Shown: positions 8,340 to 17,460 of the stretch, piece after piece
Layout: every line of letters starts with the position of its first letter
How positions within the stretch are numbered: the first letter of the stretch is position 1
Assembly: GCA_016180955.1 (NCBI GenBank)
Contig: JACPAD010000001.1
Location: forward strand, 8,527-72,526
Length of the DNA: 64,000 nt
From: Candidatus Zambryskiibacteriota bacterium
GTDB lineage: Bacteria; Patescibacteriota; Minisyncoccia; Phycocordibacterales; Zambryskibacteraceae
Direction: 5' to 3'
Notes under the pieces: generated by a model
Told to the model about the DNA's origin: nothing
Database searches by the model: none
Seen by the model: only the letters and a program-made list of their open reading frames with translations
Position numbers and translations under genes: made by a program

Positions 8340-10142
8340 ATGTGCGGAATAGCTGGAATAACCAATAAAGAGCTAGTTTCTCAAAAGCTGATTGAGAAGA
8401 TGACACGCACCCTCTCTCATCGCGGGCCGGATGATGACGGCTTTTTTGTGGACGACTCTGTTGCCCTCGGGATGCGCCGGTTAGCCATTATTGACCTAGT
8501 AAAGGGGGACCAGCCCATAAGCTCCACAGATGGCCGTTATCTCATATTTTTCAACGGGGAGATATACAATTACAAAGAGATTAAGAAAGAATTAGCTGGA
8601 TATGATTTCAAAACTGACAGCGATACAGAAGTAATTCTCGCAGGGTATCTTAAATGGGGTGGAGAAGTACTTACGCGTCTGCGGGGAATGTTTGCCTTTG
8701 CTATTTATGATACTCAAGAGAAAAAAGTTTTTATTGCCCGCGACCCCTTTGGCATCAAACCTCTTTATTACTGGAAGAGGGGAGAAAAGATTATGGCGTT
8801 TTCTTCAGAGATAAAGAGTTTTATCGAACTTCCGGAATTTGAAACGGAGGTGAATGATGCCGCGGTCTACAACTATCTCTCGTATCAATACAATCCGCTG
8901 AAAGAAACATTTTTCAAAAATGTTTTTAAACTGCCGCCGGCTCATTACTTAACGATTGACCTTAAGACAGGGGAGTGGGAAGAGAAAAGATATTGGCAAT
9001 TCAAATTTACTCAAAACAATTCACTCCTTGAGGAAGAAACTAAGAAGGAAATTCTAAAGACCATGGAAGATTCTGTGGCGCATCATATGATCGCTGATGT
9101 GCCTGTGGGCTCGTTTCTCTCTGGTGGTATAGACTCTTCAATCATTGCTACTCTTATGCAAAAGATTCGCGGGGAAAAGAAAATAAAAACTTTTACTGTA
9201 GGATTTGAATCTCTGTCAGAAGGAGTAGAGGCAAGAGAAACTTCCGAACCGCTCGGCACTGACCATACCGAAATTACCGTGGGCAGAGATGAATACTTCG
9301 AAGCTCTAAAGAAAGCCATCTGGCACTTTGATGAGCCAGTAGCAGACCCTTCGGCCATAGGTTTGTATTTCTTGGCCAGAGAAGCCAGAAAGTCTGTAAC
9401 TGTAGTGCTATCTGGTGAAGGCTCTGATGAGCTTTTTGGGGGCTATAACATTTACCTTGAGCCATTTGCTAGGCGCTATCTGGCCTGGGCACCGCATATG
9501 GTCTTGAAATTCTTAGCATCTCTGCCTTTGCGTGGCAGTAACTATGCCGAACGTGCTCTTTCAAAGCTAGAAGATTGGTATATTGGCAATGCTTCGATCT
9601 TCAAGCCCTCAGAAATAAAAAATCTCTGGCTTGGGCAGTCTATGTCAAGGGCCGTCCTTGACACGTTGTATCAAGAAGCAAGCAGTCTTAGTGATTCGGC
9701 TAAGATGCAATATATAGATATAAATACTTGGCTGGTAGGGGATATTCTGGCTAAAGCGGATAAGATGACCATGGCGCATTCACTCGAGTTACGCGTGCCC
9801 TTTCTTGATCCCGCTGTGGCGGGACTTGCAGAAATTCTGCCGGATAGATTCAAGTGGCACTCTGGGACGACCAAGTATCTCCTGCGCGAAGCCTTCAAAT
9901 CGGTTCTACCCGAGTCAACCCGCAAGAGGAAGAAGCTCGGCTTCCCGACACCTATTCACAACTGGATTGAAACGGAAGATGTAAAAAATACAATTTTCCA
10001 AAACAAATATATTAAATCCCATTTCAATCTTAATGTAGTTGAAAAGCTTTTCGAAAATTCAAGAGAAAATTCACGGAAAATTTATCTCCTCTTAATGCTT
10101 GCGCTTTGGTATAATGTCTTTATCACGAATAACCGCGAATGA
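8340..10142 (+). CDS. asnB: Asparagine synthase (glutamine-hydrolysing) / amidotransferase
   Basis: MCGIAG, HRGPD, FNGEIYN, FLSGGIDSS, LSGEGSDELFGGY. Confidence 0.95.
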   Translation: MCGIAGITNKELVSQKLIEKMTRTLSHRGPDDDGFFVDDSVALGMRRLAIIDLVKGDQPISSTDGRYLIFFNGEIYNYKEIKKELAGYDFKTDSDTEVILAGYLKWGGEVLTRLRGMFAFAIYDTQEKKVFIARDPFGIKPLYYWKRGEKIMAFSSEIKSFIELPEFETEVNDAAVYNYLSYQYNPLKETFFKNVFKLPPAHYLTIDLKTGEWEEKRYWQFKFTQNNSLLEEETKKEILKTMEDSVAHHMIADVPVGSFLSGGIDSSIIATLMQKIRGEKKIKTFTVGFESLSEGVEARETSEPLGTDHTEITVGRDEYFEALKKAIWHFDEPVADPSAIGLYFLAREARKSVTVVLSGEGSDELFGGYNIYLEPFARRYLAWAPHMVLKFLASLPLRGSNYAERALSKLEDWYIGNASIFKPSEIKNLWLGQSMSRAVLDTLYQEASSLSDSAKMQYIDINTWLVGDILAKADKMTMAHSLELRVPFLDPAVAGLAEILPDRFKWHSGTTKYLLREAFKSVLPESTRKRKKLGFPTPIHNWIETEDVKNTIFQNKYIKSHFNLNVVEKLFENSRENSRKIYLLLMLALWYNVFITNNRE

Positions 10143-10198
10143 GATCGAATGTTGCGAATAAGCCCATTCGTATCATTCGATTAAATTCGTAAAATTCG
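10126..10198. repeat. Phased CGAAT x4 / ATTCG x4 inverted array before mraY
   Basis: CGAAT at 10126, 10136, 10146, 10155; ATTCG at 10166, 10175, 10185, 10194. Confidence 0.7.
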
Positions 10199-10202
10199 TA
10201 TC

Positions 10203-11249
10203 ATGGATATTCTAAAGATTATCGTCCCGACGGTGCTAACCTTCTCCTTTGGTATATTCATCACCCCTTTTTTTACTCGCTATTTCTACAAATACAAGAT
10301 GTGGAAGAAGTCTCCTCGCATCGAGGCGGACACTTCAGAAGCTTTCAATAAAATCCATAATACGGAAGAGGAGGTCTCAACACCACGCGTCGGCGGGGTC
10401 ATTATCTGGATAGCAGTGCTTCTCACCGTGGCTGTCATTTATTTTCTTTCTAAACTTTTTCCGGTCTATCAGATGGAACAGCTCAACTTCTTCAGCAGAA
10501 GCCAGACAGTTGTACCCTTGGGAGCCTTCTTCTTCGCCGCCGCGGTGGGGTTTGTCGACGACCTTTTCCACATCTTCGGTACGGGAAGTTATGCTAAGGA
10601 TGCTCTGGTCTATCGTAAAGTCAAAATCATATTTGTTACCCTCATTGGGCTTGCCATCGGCTTCTGGTTTTACTACAAGCTGGATTTTGTCGGCGTCCAT
10701 ATTCCTTTCAACGGTATGTGGCAGATGGGGCTGTGGTTTATCCCGTTCTTCGTTATAGTGATGCTTGCCACTTTCTCGACCTCGGTCATTGATGGACTCG
10801 ACGGCTTGGCTGGGGGAGTATTGGCCTCATGCTTTACTGCCTTTGCCGTTATTGCCTATCTTGGCAGTCAGTTTGATATCTCGGCTCTCTCCGGCGCGAT
10901 TGCCGGAGGAATCCTCGCCTTCCTCTGGTTTAATGTGCCACCAGCCCGCTTCTATATGGGGGAAACCGGCATGTTGTCCTTGTGCGTGGTGCTTGCGGTG
11001 ATTGCGTTTCTCACCGACTCCGTGCTTCTTCTGCCGGTAATCGCCTTTCCGCTTGTGGCTACTACCGCTTCGGATATTATTCAAATAACTTCTTATAAGT
11101 TTTTTAACAAACGTAGAGTATTTTTGGTAGCGCCGCTCCATCTCCACTTCCGCGCGCTCGGCTGGCCGCGCGAGAAGGTGGTCATGCGCTACTGGATTGT
11201 CTCCGTCATTTCTGCCATTACCGGCGTCATCCTTTATCTGGTAAGTTAA
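10203..11249 (+). CDS. mraY: Phospho-N-acetylmuramoyl-pentapeptide transferase
   Basis: TPRVGG, GFVDD, DGLDGLA, PARFYMGETG, APLHLHF. Confidence 0.93.
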   Translation: MDILKIIVPTVLTFSFGIFITPFFTRYFYKYKMWKKSPRIEADTSEAFNKIHNTEEEVSTPRVGGVIIWIAVLLTVAVIYFLSKLFPVYQMEQLNFFSRSQTVVPLGAFFFAAAVGFVDDLFHIFGTGSYAKDALVYRKVKIIFVTLIGLAIGFWFYYKLDFVGVHIPFNGMWQMGLWFIPFFVIVMLATFSTSVIDGLDGLAGGVLASCFTAFAVIAYLGSQFDISALSGAIAGGILAFLWFNVPPARFYMGETGMLSLCVVLAVIAFLTDSVLLLPVIAFPLVATTASDIIQITSYKFFNKRRVFLVAPLHLHFRALGWPREKVVMRYWIVSVISAITGVILYLVS

Positions 11250-11255
11250 TCAAAA

Positions 11256-12326
11256 GTGATAATTAAAAAGTTTACTTATCTTAAAGAATACTACGAGCGC
11301 TACGAGAAGTCGGTCTCTATCGGCTCGCTTCTCTTCGGCTTCATCTTGGACTCCTTGACACTTCAGCGGATAGATGCCTTGCGCGAAAATGTCTGGATTG
11401 CAGGCAACATTTTCCTGGTTGGTCTCTCTATAATTCTGCTCAACCGCGGGAAGGGAGATGCGCAGGGCTTCTGGCTGCCCAATATTTTGCAATTCGGTTT
11501 CGGGGCTTTGCTTGGAGCATTCTTCATTTTCTACTTCCGCTCCGCGGCGCTTGTTACCGCTTGGCCATTCTTGCTCATTATTCTCGCGGCCATGGTGGCC
11601 AACGAACTTTTCCAAAAGCGCTACGCGCGGCTTGCGTTCCAGCTCTCCTTCTTCTACCTTTCCGTCTTTTCATTCTTAATCTTTCTTCTGCCGCTTCTTT
11701 TGCACAGCATCGGCGCAATGGCATTTCTATTTAGCGGGGCAGTAAGCATTGTCGCTATCTGGGTTTTCGTCAACATCATGAAGCGGTTTGCGCGAGAAAA
11801 GTTTCTCGAGAACCGGACGCACATCTGGAGACTCATCGCAATCATATTCATTTCCGTCAACGTCCTTTACTTTACTAATCTCATTCCGCCCATCCCGCTC
11901 TCGCTCAAGGATATTGGCATCTATCATTCTATTGCCCGTAATTCGGCGGGGGATTACCTTGTATCAGGGGAAGAAAAGGGGCTTATCGAATTTTTCCATC
12001 TGCGGGAGAAAGTGCATTGGAGCGAGGGTCAACCGCTCTATGCTTATTCAGCCATTTTCTCTCCCGGTTCTCTTAATACCAACATTGTTCACGAGTGGCA
12101 GTTCAGAAATAAAGCGGGGGAATGGACAACATCAACGCGCATCCCGATCTCTATCTCCGGCGGGCGAACCGAGGGCTTCCGAACCTACTCCACCAAATAT
12201 AATCTTTCTCCCGGTCTCTGGCGCGTTAATGTTGCAACCCAGCGCGGTCAGCTCTTGGGCCGTAAAACTTTTGAAATCATCGTCTCCGACGCCGAGCCTG
12301 CTCTCGAAATCGAAGTGAAGAAATAA
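11256..12326 (+). CDS. Membrane protein with C-terminal DUF2914-like domain (GTG start)
   Basis: About 7 TM segments then IVHEW...GGRTEGFRTYS...PGLWRVNV. Confidence 0.75.
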   Translation: MIIKKFTYLKEYYERYEKSVSIGSLLFGFILDSLTLQRIDALRENVWIAGNIFLVGLSIILLNRGKGDAQGFWLPNILQFGFGALLGAFFIFYFRSAALVTAWPFLLIILAAMVANELFQKRYARLAFQLSFFYLSVFSFLIFLLPLLLHSIGAMAFLFSGAVSIVAIWVFVNIMKRFAREKFLENRTHIWRLIAIIFISVNVLYFTNLIPPIPLSLKDIGIYHSIARNSAGDYLVSGEEKGLIEFFHLREKVHWSEGQPLYAYSAIFSPGSLNTNIVHEWQFRNKAGEWTTSTRIPISISGGRTEGFRTYSTKYNLSPGLWRVNVATQRGQLLGRKTFEIIVSDAEPALEIEVKK

Positions 12327-12363
12327 GTTTAACCAAAGTACATAACACATTATAATAATCCTA

Positions 12364-13461
12364 ATGGCAACGAGGATCAAAGTTGATAAGCCGTTTCTTA
12401 TCATCACGGTAATACTTATCGTGGCGGGTTTTTTTATCTTCTCCTCCGCTTCGCTCGGGCTTCTTGCCAGAGAGAGCTCGAATTATTCGAACGTGGCTTT
12501 CTCGCAGACAGTACTTGGCCTATTTTTGGGAACGGTTGCCATGCTGGTCGCCACGCGGCTTGACTTTAAAATTTGGAAGAGCTCGGCTTTCTACATTTTG
12601 TTTGCGGCTATCATTCTTAACATCTTGGTCCTCCACCCTTTTGTCGGCATCGAGCACGGAGGCGCCCGCCGCTGGATAGAGCTTGGGCAGTTTAGCTTCC
12701 AACCCTCGGAGGTGCTTAAATTCGCTTTCATCATCTATTTCGCGGCATGGGCGGCGGGCGCCAAAGAAAAAATGCGGACATTCCGTTGGGGATTCCTGCC
12801 CCTGTTGGCACTCATTGGTATTTGCGGCTGGCTTCTTTTGAAGCAGCCCGACACGGATACCTTTTTATTGATCGTCCTCACAGGCATGGCGATGTTTATC
12901 GCCGCCGCCGGCAGATGGCGCTATATTCTTTTTTGTCTTTTAGCGGGACTTATCGGCCTCTCATTTCTTGCCTATAGCCGGCCTTATGTGAAGGAGCGTT
13001 TGGAGACGTTCGTCAATCCTACAGCCGACTCGCTCGGGGCAAGCTATCAAATCCAGCAGTCGCTCATCGCCATCGGCTCGGGGGGACTTTTTGGCAAGGG
13101 TTTCGGCCAGAGCGTGCAGAAATTTACCTATTTGCCCGAGCCGGTAGGGGATTCTGTCTTTGCTGTTGCGGCGGAAGAATTCGGCTTCGTTGGCTCGGTG
13201 CTTCTCTTGGCAATCTTTGCCCTTTTTGCCACCCGCGGGCTGAAAATTGCTTCGAGAACCCCGTCAGCGTTCGGTAGACTGACGGTTGTCGGGATTGTTA
13301 TAATGATAATCTCCCAAGCATTCGTCAATATTGGCGCCATGCTGGGAGTCTTGCCGCTCTCGGGCATTACGCTTCCATTCGTGAGCCACGGCGGCACTTC
13401 GCTCTTCATCACCCTTTTCGAAGTCGGCGTCGTTCTCTCTATCTCTAAAACTCAAAAATGA
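12364..13461 (+). CDS. ftsW: SEDS peptidoglycan glycosyltransferase FtsW
   Basis: GARRWI, FQPSEVLK, QPD, GITLPFVSHGGTS; precedes murG. Confidence 0.93.
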   Translation: MATRIKVDKPFLIITVILIVAGFFIFSSASLGLLARESSNYSNVAFSQTVLGLFLGTVAMLVATRLDFKIWKSSAFYILFAAIILNILVLHPFVGIEHGGARRWIELGQFSFQPSEVLKFAFIIYFAAWAAGAKEKMRTFRWGFLPLLALIGICGWLLLKQPDTDTFLLIVLTGMAMFIAAAGRWRYILFCLLAGLIGLSFLAYSRPYVKERLETFVNPTADSLGASYQIQQSLIAIGSGGLFGKGFGQSVQKFTYLPEPVGDSVFAVAAEEFGFVGSVLLLAIFALFATRGLKIASRTPSAFGRLTVVGIVIMIISQAFVNIGAMLGVLPLSGITLPFVSHGGTSLFITLFEVGVVLSISKTQK

Positions 13462-14603
13462 GAATCCTATTTACTGGTGGCGGCACGGGCGGACACTTCT
13501 ACCCGGTAATTTCTATTGCCGAAGAACTAAACACGCTTGCTAAAGAAAAGAAACTTCTTGAACTCGAACTTTTCTATATGTCGCCTTCTTCCTATAACGA
13601 AGGGATACTCTACGAGCACGGCATTACTTATAAGAAAAACAGCGCTGGTAAGCTCCGTCATTCCGCCAGCTGGCGGATTCTCCTGCCTAACTTCTTCGAC
13701 CTCTTCAAAACATTTTTTGGGGCGATAGTTTCCATTGTTGAGATTTACCGGCTTTACCCGGATGTTATTTTTGGCAAGGGGGGCTATGCCTCTTTCCCGG
13801 CGCTTCTGGCCGCAAGAGTTTTGCATATCCCAGTCGTAATACACGAATCAGACACGGTACCCGGACGGGTTAATCTCTGGGCTGGTAAATTTGCGCAAAG
13901 AATTGCGCTCTCTTATCGAGAAGCGGCGCAATATTTTCCGGCGGAGAAAACTGCTTATACCGGCCAGCCGGTGCGCAAGGAAATCGCTACGCCAACTAGA
14001 GCCGGCGCGCGAGAGTTCTTGAAGATCGAAGAAAATATTCCGGTAGTGCTAATCCTTGGCGGTTCGCAGGGAGCGCAACGCATAAACGAAACCATCTTCG
14101 AAGGACTTAAGCGGCTGACAGAGAAGTATGTCATCATTCATCAGACTGGTTCGAATAATATCATCGAGGCCAAAGCCACGGCGGAAGCTATCCTCAATGA
14201 CTCTCCGCACAAAGCTCGATACAAGCCGTATGATTATTTGAATGCTCTAGCCCTGCGCATGGCATCTGGAATAACTTCTGTAGTAGTCTCGCGCGCCGGC
14301 TCAACCATATTTGAGATAGCGGCGTGGAGAGTGCCTTCCATTATTATTCCCATAGATGAACGGATCAGTCACGACCAGCGAAGTAACGCCTTCGCTTATG
14401 CCAGAGCCGGCGGCTGCGTAGTGGTAGAGGAGAAAAATCTTATGCCCAATATTTTGATTTCCGAGATTGATAGACTGGTTACTGATCAATCGGTTGCTGG
14501 AAAAATGCGGGAAGCGGCCAAAGTGTTTTACAAACCGGATGCCGCTCGGCTCATCGCCGAAGAGATATTGAAGATAGCGTTGGGGCATGAAATAGAAAAA
14601 TAG
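13458..14603 (+). CDS. murG: Lipid II GlcNAc transferase MurG
   Basis: TGGGTGGH, KGGY, HESD, GGSQGA, SRAG. Confidence 0.95.
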   Translation: MRILFTGGGTGGHFYPVISIAEELNTLAKEKKLLELELFYMSPSSYNEGILYEHGITYKKNSAGKLRHSASWRILLPNFFDLFKTFFGAIVSIVEIYRLYPDVIFGKGGYASFPALLAARVLHIPVVIHESDTVPGRVNLWAGKFAQRIALSYREAAQYFPAEKTAYTGQPVRKEIATPTRAGAREFLKIEENIPVVLILGGSQGAQRINETIFEGLKRLTEKYVIIHQTGSNNIIEAKATAEAILNDSPHKARYKPYDYLNALALRMASGITSVVVSRAGSTIFEIAAWRVPSIIIPIDERISHDQRSNAFAYARAGGCVVVEEKNLMPNILISEIDRLVTDQSVAGKMREAAKVFYKPDAARLIAEEILKIALGHEIEK

Positions 14604-14621
14604 ATTCAAGATTTAAGATTT

Positions 14622-15791
14622 ATGAATAATTTAGAAAAAGTCGTAGTCCGCATACCGCCGTCGCCGACAGGATACTTCCATATCGGCCGCGCACGCACTG
14701 CGCTCTTTAATTATTTGTTCGCCAGAAAGAACAAAGGAAAAATCGTTTTTCGCATCGAGGATACAGACAAAGAACGTTCTAAAAAAGAATACGAAGAGGA
14801 TATCATCGAGAGTCTGGAATGGCTCGGTATTGATTACGATGACTTTTACCGTCAATCCGAAAGGGGAGAGATATATAAAAAGTATATAGAAAAAATGCTG
14901 GATAATAACTCCGCCTATGTTGCCGAAGACGAAGTCATCCGCTTCAAAAATCCGAACCGGAAAATAAAGTTCGACGATCTGGTGCGCGGAGAAATTGAAT
15001 TTGATACCAGCGATCTGGAAGATTTCATCGTTGCCAAAAGTATCAACGAACCGCTCTACCATTTGGCTGTTGTAGTGGATGATCACGAATCAGGCGTTAC
15101 TCATGTCATTCGCGGTGATGACGGTATTTCCAATACTCCGAGACAGATTCTGCTTCAAGAAGCCGTCGGTGCGGTCCGTCCCCGATACGCCCATGTGCCC
15201 ATGATTCTTGCGCCGGATCGCTCAAAACTTTCTGCCAGACAAGGCGCTACATCTATACGGGATTTCAGAGACAAAGGTTACTTACCACAGGCGATGATAA
15301 ATTATCTGGCCCTTCTCGGCTGGAATCCGGGCACGGAGCAGGAAATTTTTACTAAGGAAGAATTGATAGAACAGTTCTCGCTCGAGAAGATTCAGAAGAG
15401 CGGAGCAATCTTTGATGAGAAGAAACTGCAGTGGGTCAACAGAGAGCATTTGAAACGTCTGCCGGCCGAAGTTCAGAAAGAGAGGCAAATAAGCGCTCTG
15501 CGGGAAGAGCTGTATATAAAAAAGAGGCCGACGCTTGATGTATCAAGTATTTGTTGGAATGACATTTCCAAAGAAAATACAAAAAAGTATCTGGAGAAAG
15601 TCAAAGAATTGGTAGGTGACGATGATGCTATAATGAAATATGCCGAAAAGGTGGGGAAGGGGAATGTTCTCTGGCCTCTCCGTTATGCTCTCTCCGGATT
15701 AGAAAAATCTCCTGACCCGTTTACCCTCATGGCAGCGCTTGGTAAAGATGAATCTATTTCTCGAATCGAAAAAGCTATCCAGCTTCTTTAA
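14622..15791 (+). CDS. gltX: Glutamate--tRNA ligase (compact)
   Basis: PSPTGYFHIG, RIEDTD, THVIRGDD, LALLGW. Confidence 0.92.
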   Translation: MNNLEKVVVRIPPSPTGYFHIGRARTALFNYLFARKNKGKIVFRIEDTDKERSKKEYEEDIIESLEWLGIDYDDFYRQSERGEIYKKYIEKMLDNNSAYVAEDEVIRFKNPNRKIKFDDLVRGEIEFDTSDLEDFIVAKSINEPLYHLAVVVDDHESGVTHVIRGDDGISNTPRQILLQEAVGAVRPRYAHVPMILAPDRSKLSARQGATSIRDFRDKGYLPQAMINYLALLGWNPGTEQEIFTKEELIEQFSLEKIQKSGAIFDEKKLQWVNREHLKRLPAEVQKERQISALREELYIKKRPTLDVSSICWNDISKENTKKYLEKVKELVGDDDAIMKYAEKVGKGNVLWPLRYALSGLEKSPDPFTLMAALGKDESISRIEKAIQLL

Positions 15792-17058
15792 ATATGTTAC
15801 TCTAGTTTCTATTGTGGTTCTGCCACAGCTTGTTTTAGCCGCTGATTCTAATATGCTTTCCCTTCAGATAGAGGAGGTCAAGCGCGAGCGCGAGACGCTT
15901 CTGGAAGAACAGCGCCGATTGCAAGCCGAACTGGAGAAGGTCAATGCCGAGAGTCGGACGCTCGGTACTGCTGTCAAAAGCTTGGATACGGCAAGAAAGA
16001 AGCTCGCCGCCGATATCAAAGTCACTCAATCGAAAATTGCCGTCACCGACCTTAATATCAAGCAGCTTACGAATTCGGTAACAACGGCCGAGCGTCGCAT
16101 CGGCGCTCACCAGAAAGCGATTGGCTCCGCAATTGTTGTCTTGTTTCAATACGATTTACGCCCGCTTCTCCTCGACCTTCTTGCTTCAGCTTCCTTCTCG
16201 GATGTCTGGAGAGATCGCACCCAAATTGAAGGATTAAGCGCCAAGCTTGACAATGAAGTTAAAAATCTTCAAGAAACCAAAATCGCCTTAAATGTGGAGA
16301 AAGAGAGAAAAGAGAGAACCAAACAAGAAATCCTCTCGCTCCAAAATCAGCTCTCCGGCCAGAAAAAAGTGGTAGAAGAAAACAAATTGGCCAAAGAGCG
16401 TTTGCTAGCCGAAACCGAGAGTAAGGAAGCGCTCTATCAAGAAATGTTGCGCGAAAATTTGGAACGCCAACGGCAATCTGAAGAGGACCTCTTCAAGCTT
16501 GAATCAGAACTTGGCATAACACTTGATCCAACGCTCATCCCCAATACAAGACCGGGCATCTTGTCGTGGCCCCTTGATAAGGTCTATATTACGCAGAGAT
16601 TTGGTAGAACCGCCGGCTCGGCGCGGCTCTATGCATCGGGAAGCCATAACGGCGCCGACTTCCGGGCCGCGCAAGGCACTCGAATATTTGCCATGCTTGA
16701 TGGGGTAGTGGAGGGGACGGGCAATACGGATGAACAAAAGGGTTGCTATTCTTACGGCAGGTGGATATTGTTAAGACACCCTAACGGCCTCTCGAGTATC
16801 TACGCGCATCTTTCCGGCTCTTTGGTGCAAAAAGGTCAGAGCGTCAAGACAGGCGAAGTAATCGGTTATTCCGGCGGCACGCCAAGAGTGTTCGGTTCCG
16901 GCTACTCGACAGGGCCGCATCTCCATATAGGACTTTTTGCGAGTCAAGGAGTTGCTATTCGACAATTCATCACAAGCAAAAACTGCAAACAAGTTTACAT
17001 TCCTATCGCCGACATCAAAGCATACCTTGATCCTCTTGCGTATCTGCCGTCTATTTAA
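15748..17058 (+). CDS. Coiled-coil M23 peptidase (murein hydrolase/EnvC-like); start uncertain
   Basis: Signal peptide, long coiled coil, HNGAD, YAHL, STGPHLH. Confidence 0.88.
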   Translation: MNLFLESKKLSSFFKYVTLVSIVVLPQLVLAADSNMLSLQIEEVKRERETLLEEQRRLQAELEKVNAESRTLGTAVKSLDTARKKLAADIKVTQSKIAVTDLNIKQLTNSVTTAERRIGAHQKAIGSAIVVLFQYDLRPLLLDLLASASFSDVWRDRTQIEGLSAKLDNEVKNLQETKIALNVEKERKERTKQEILSLQNQLSGQKKVVEENKLAKERLLAETESKEALYQEMLRENLERQRQSEEDLFKLESELGITLDPTLIPNTRPGILSWPLDKVYITQRFGRTAGSARLYASGSHNGADFRAAQGTRIFAMLDGVVEGTGNTDEQKGCYSYGRWILLRHPNGLSSIYAHLSGSLVQKGQSVKTGEVIGYSGGTPRVFGSGYSTGPHLHIGLFASQGVAIRQFITSKNCKQVYIPIADIKAYLDPLAYLPSI

Positions 17059-17070
17059 TAGACTTAAAGC

Positions 17071-17268
17071 ATGAATAGGGGATTTATCGGAACGATTTTT
17101 CTCATCATTATCGGCTTGGCCGCGCTGAAATATTTTCTCAATTGGTCTATTTTCGACGCTCTTGATTCAGAACAGGGGAGAGCCACTCTAGAGTACTTAA
17201 AAAAGTTGTTTAATTATCTTAAAGAGCTTACTCTGTCCCTTTGGTCTTATCTTCGTCAAAGAATATGA
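17071..17268 (+). CDS. Small membrane protein
   Basis: MNRGFI followed by a hydrophobic helix (pilin-like N-terminus). Confidence 0.65.
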   Translation: MNRGFIGTIFLIIIGLAALKYFLNWSIFDALDSEQGRATLEYLKKLFNYLKELTLSLWSYLRQRI

Positions 17269-17381
17269 TAAAAGTTCTCAAGGTAATTCTCTTTTTAATC
17301 CTCGCGCCAATCTATGTCCCGGCTTATATTCTTATGCAGTTCAGCTTCAAATGGTGGGCTGGCCTTTTGGGCGGGGATTGA
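17265..17381 (+). CDS. 38-aa membrane peptide (not in ORF track)
   Basis: ATGA overlap with upstream stop; MIKVLKVILFLILAPIYVPAYILMQFSFKWWAGLLGGD. Confidence 0.55.
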   Translation: MIKVLKVILFLILAPIYVPAYILMQFSFKWWAGLLGGD

Positions 17382-17404
17382 TCCTGTTAGAAATTTAATT
17401 CTGC

Positions 17405-17413
17405 TTATCCACA
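17405..17413 (+). promoter_or_regulatory. Single DnaA-box consensus upstream of xer gene
   Basis: TTATCCACA exact match. Confidence 0.45.
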
Positions 17414-17460
17414 GCTACTTCGTTTTACATATATTGTGCGAAGATGTTAATATAGTGAAT

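Noticed and set aside
17422..17450. Possible dif site upstream of xer gene
   Set aside because: Half-site resemblance only (TTTTACATA, TTGTGCGAA); spacing does not fit the 11-6-11 dif layout
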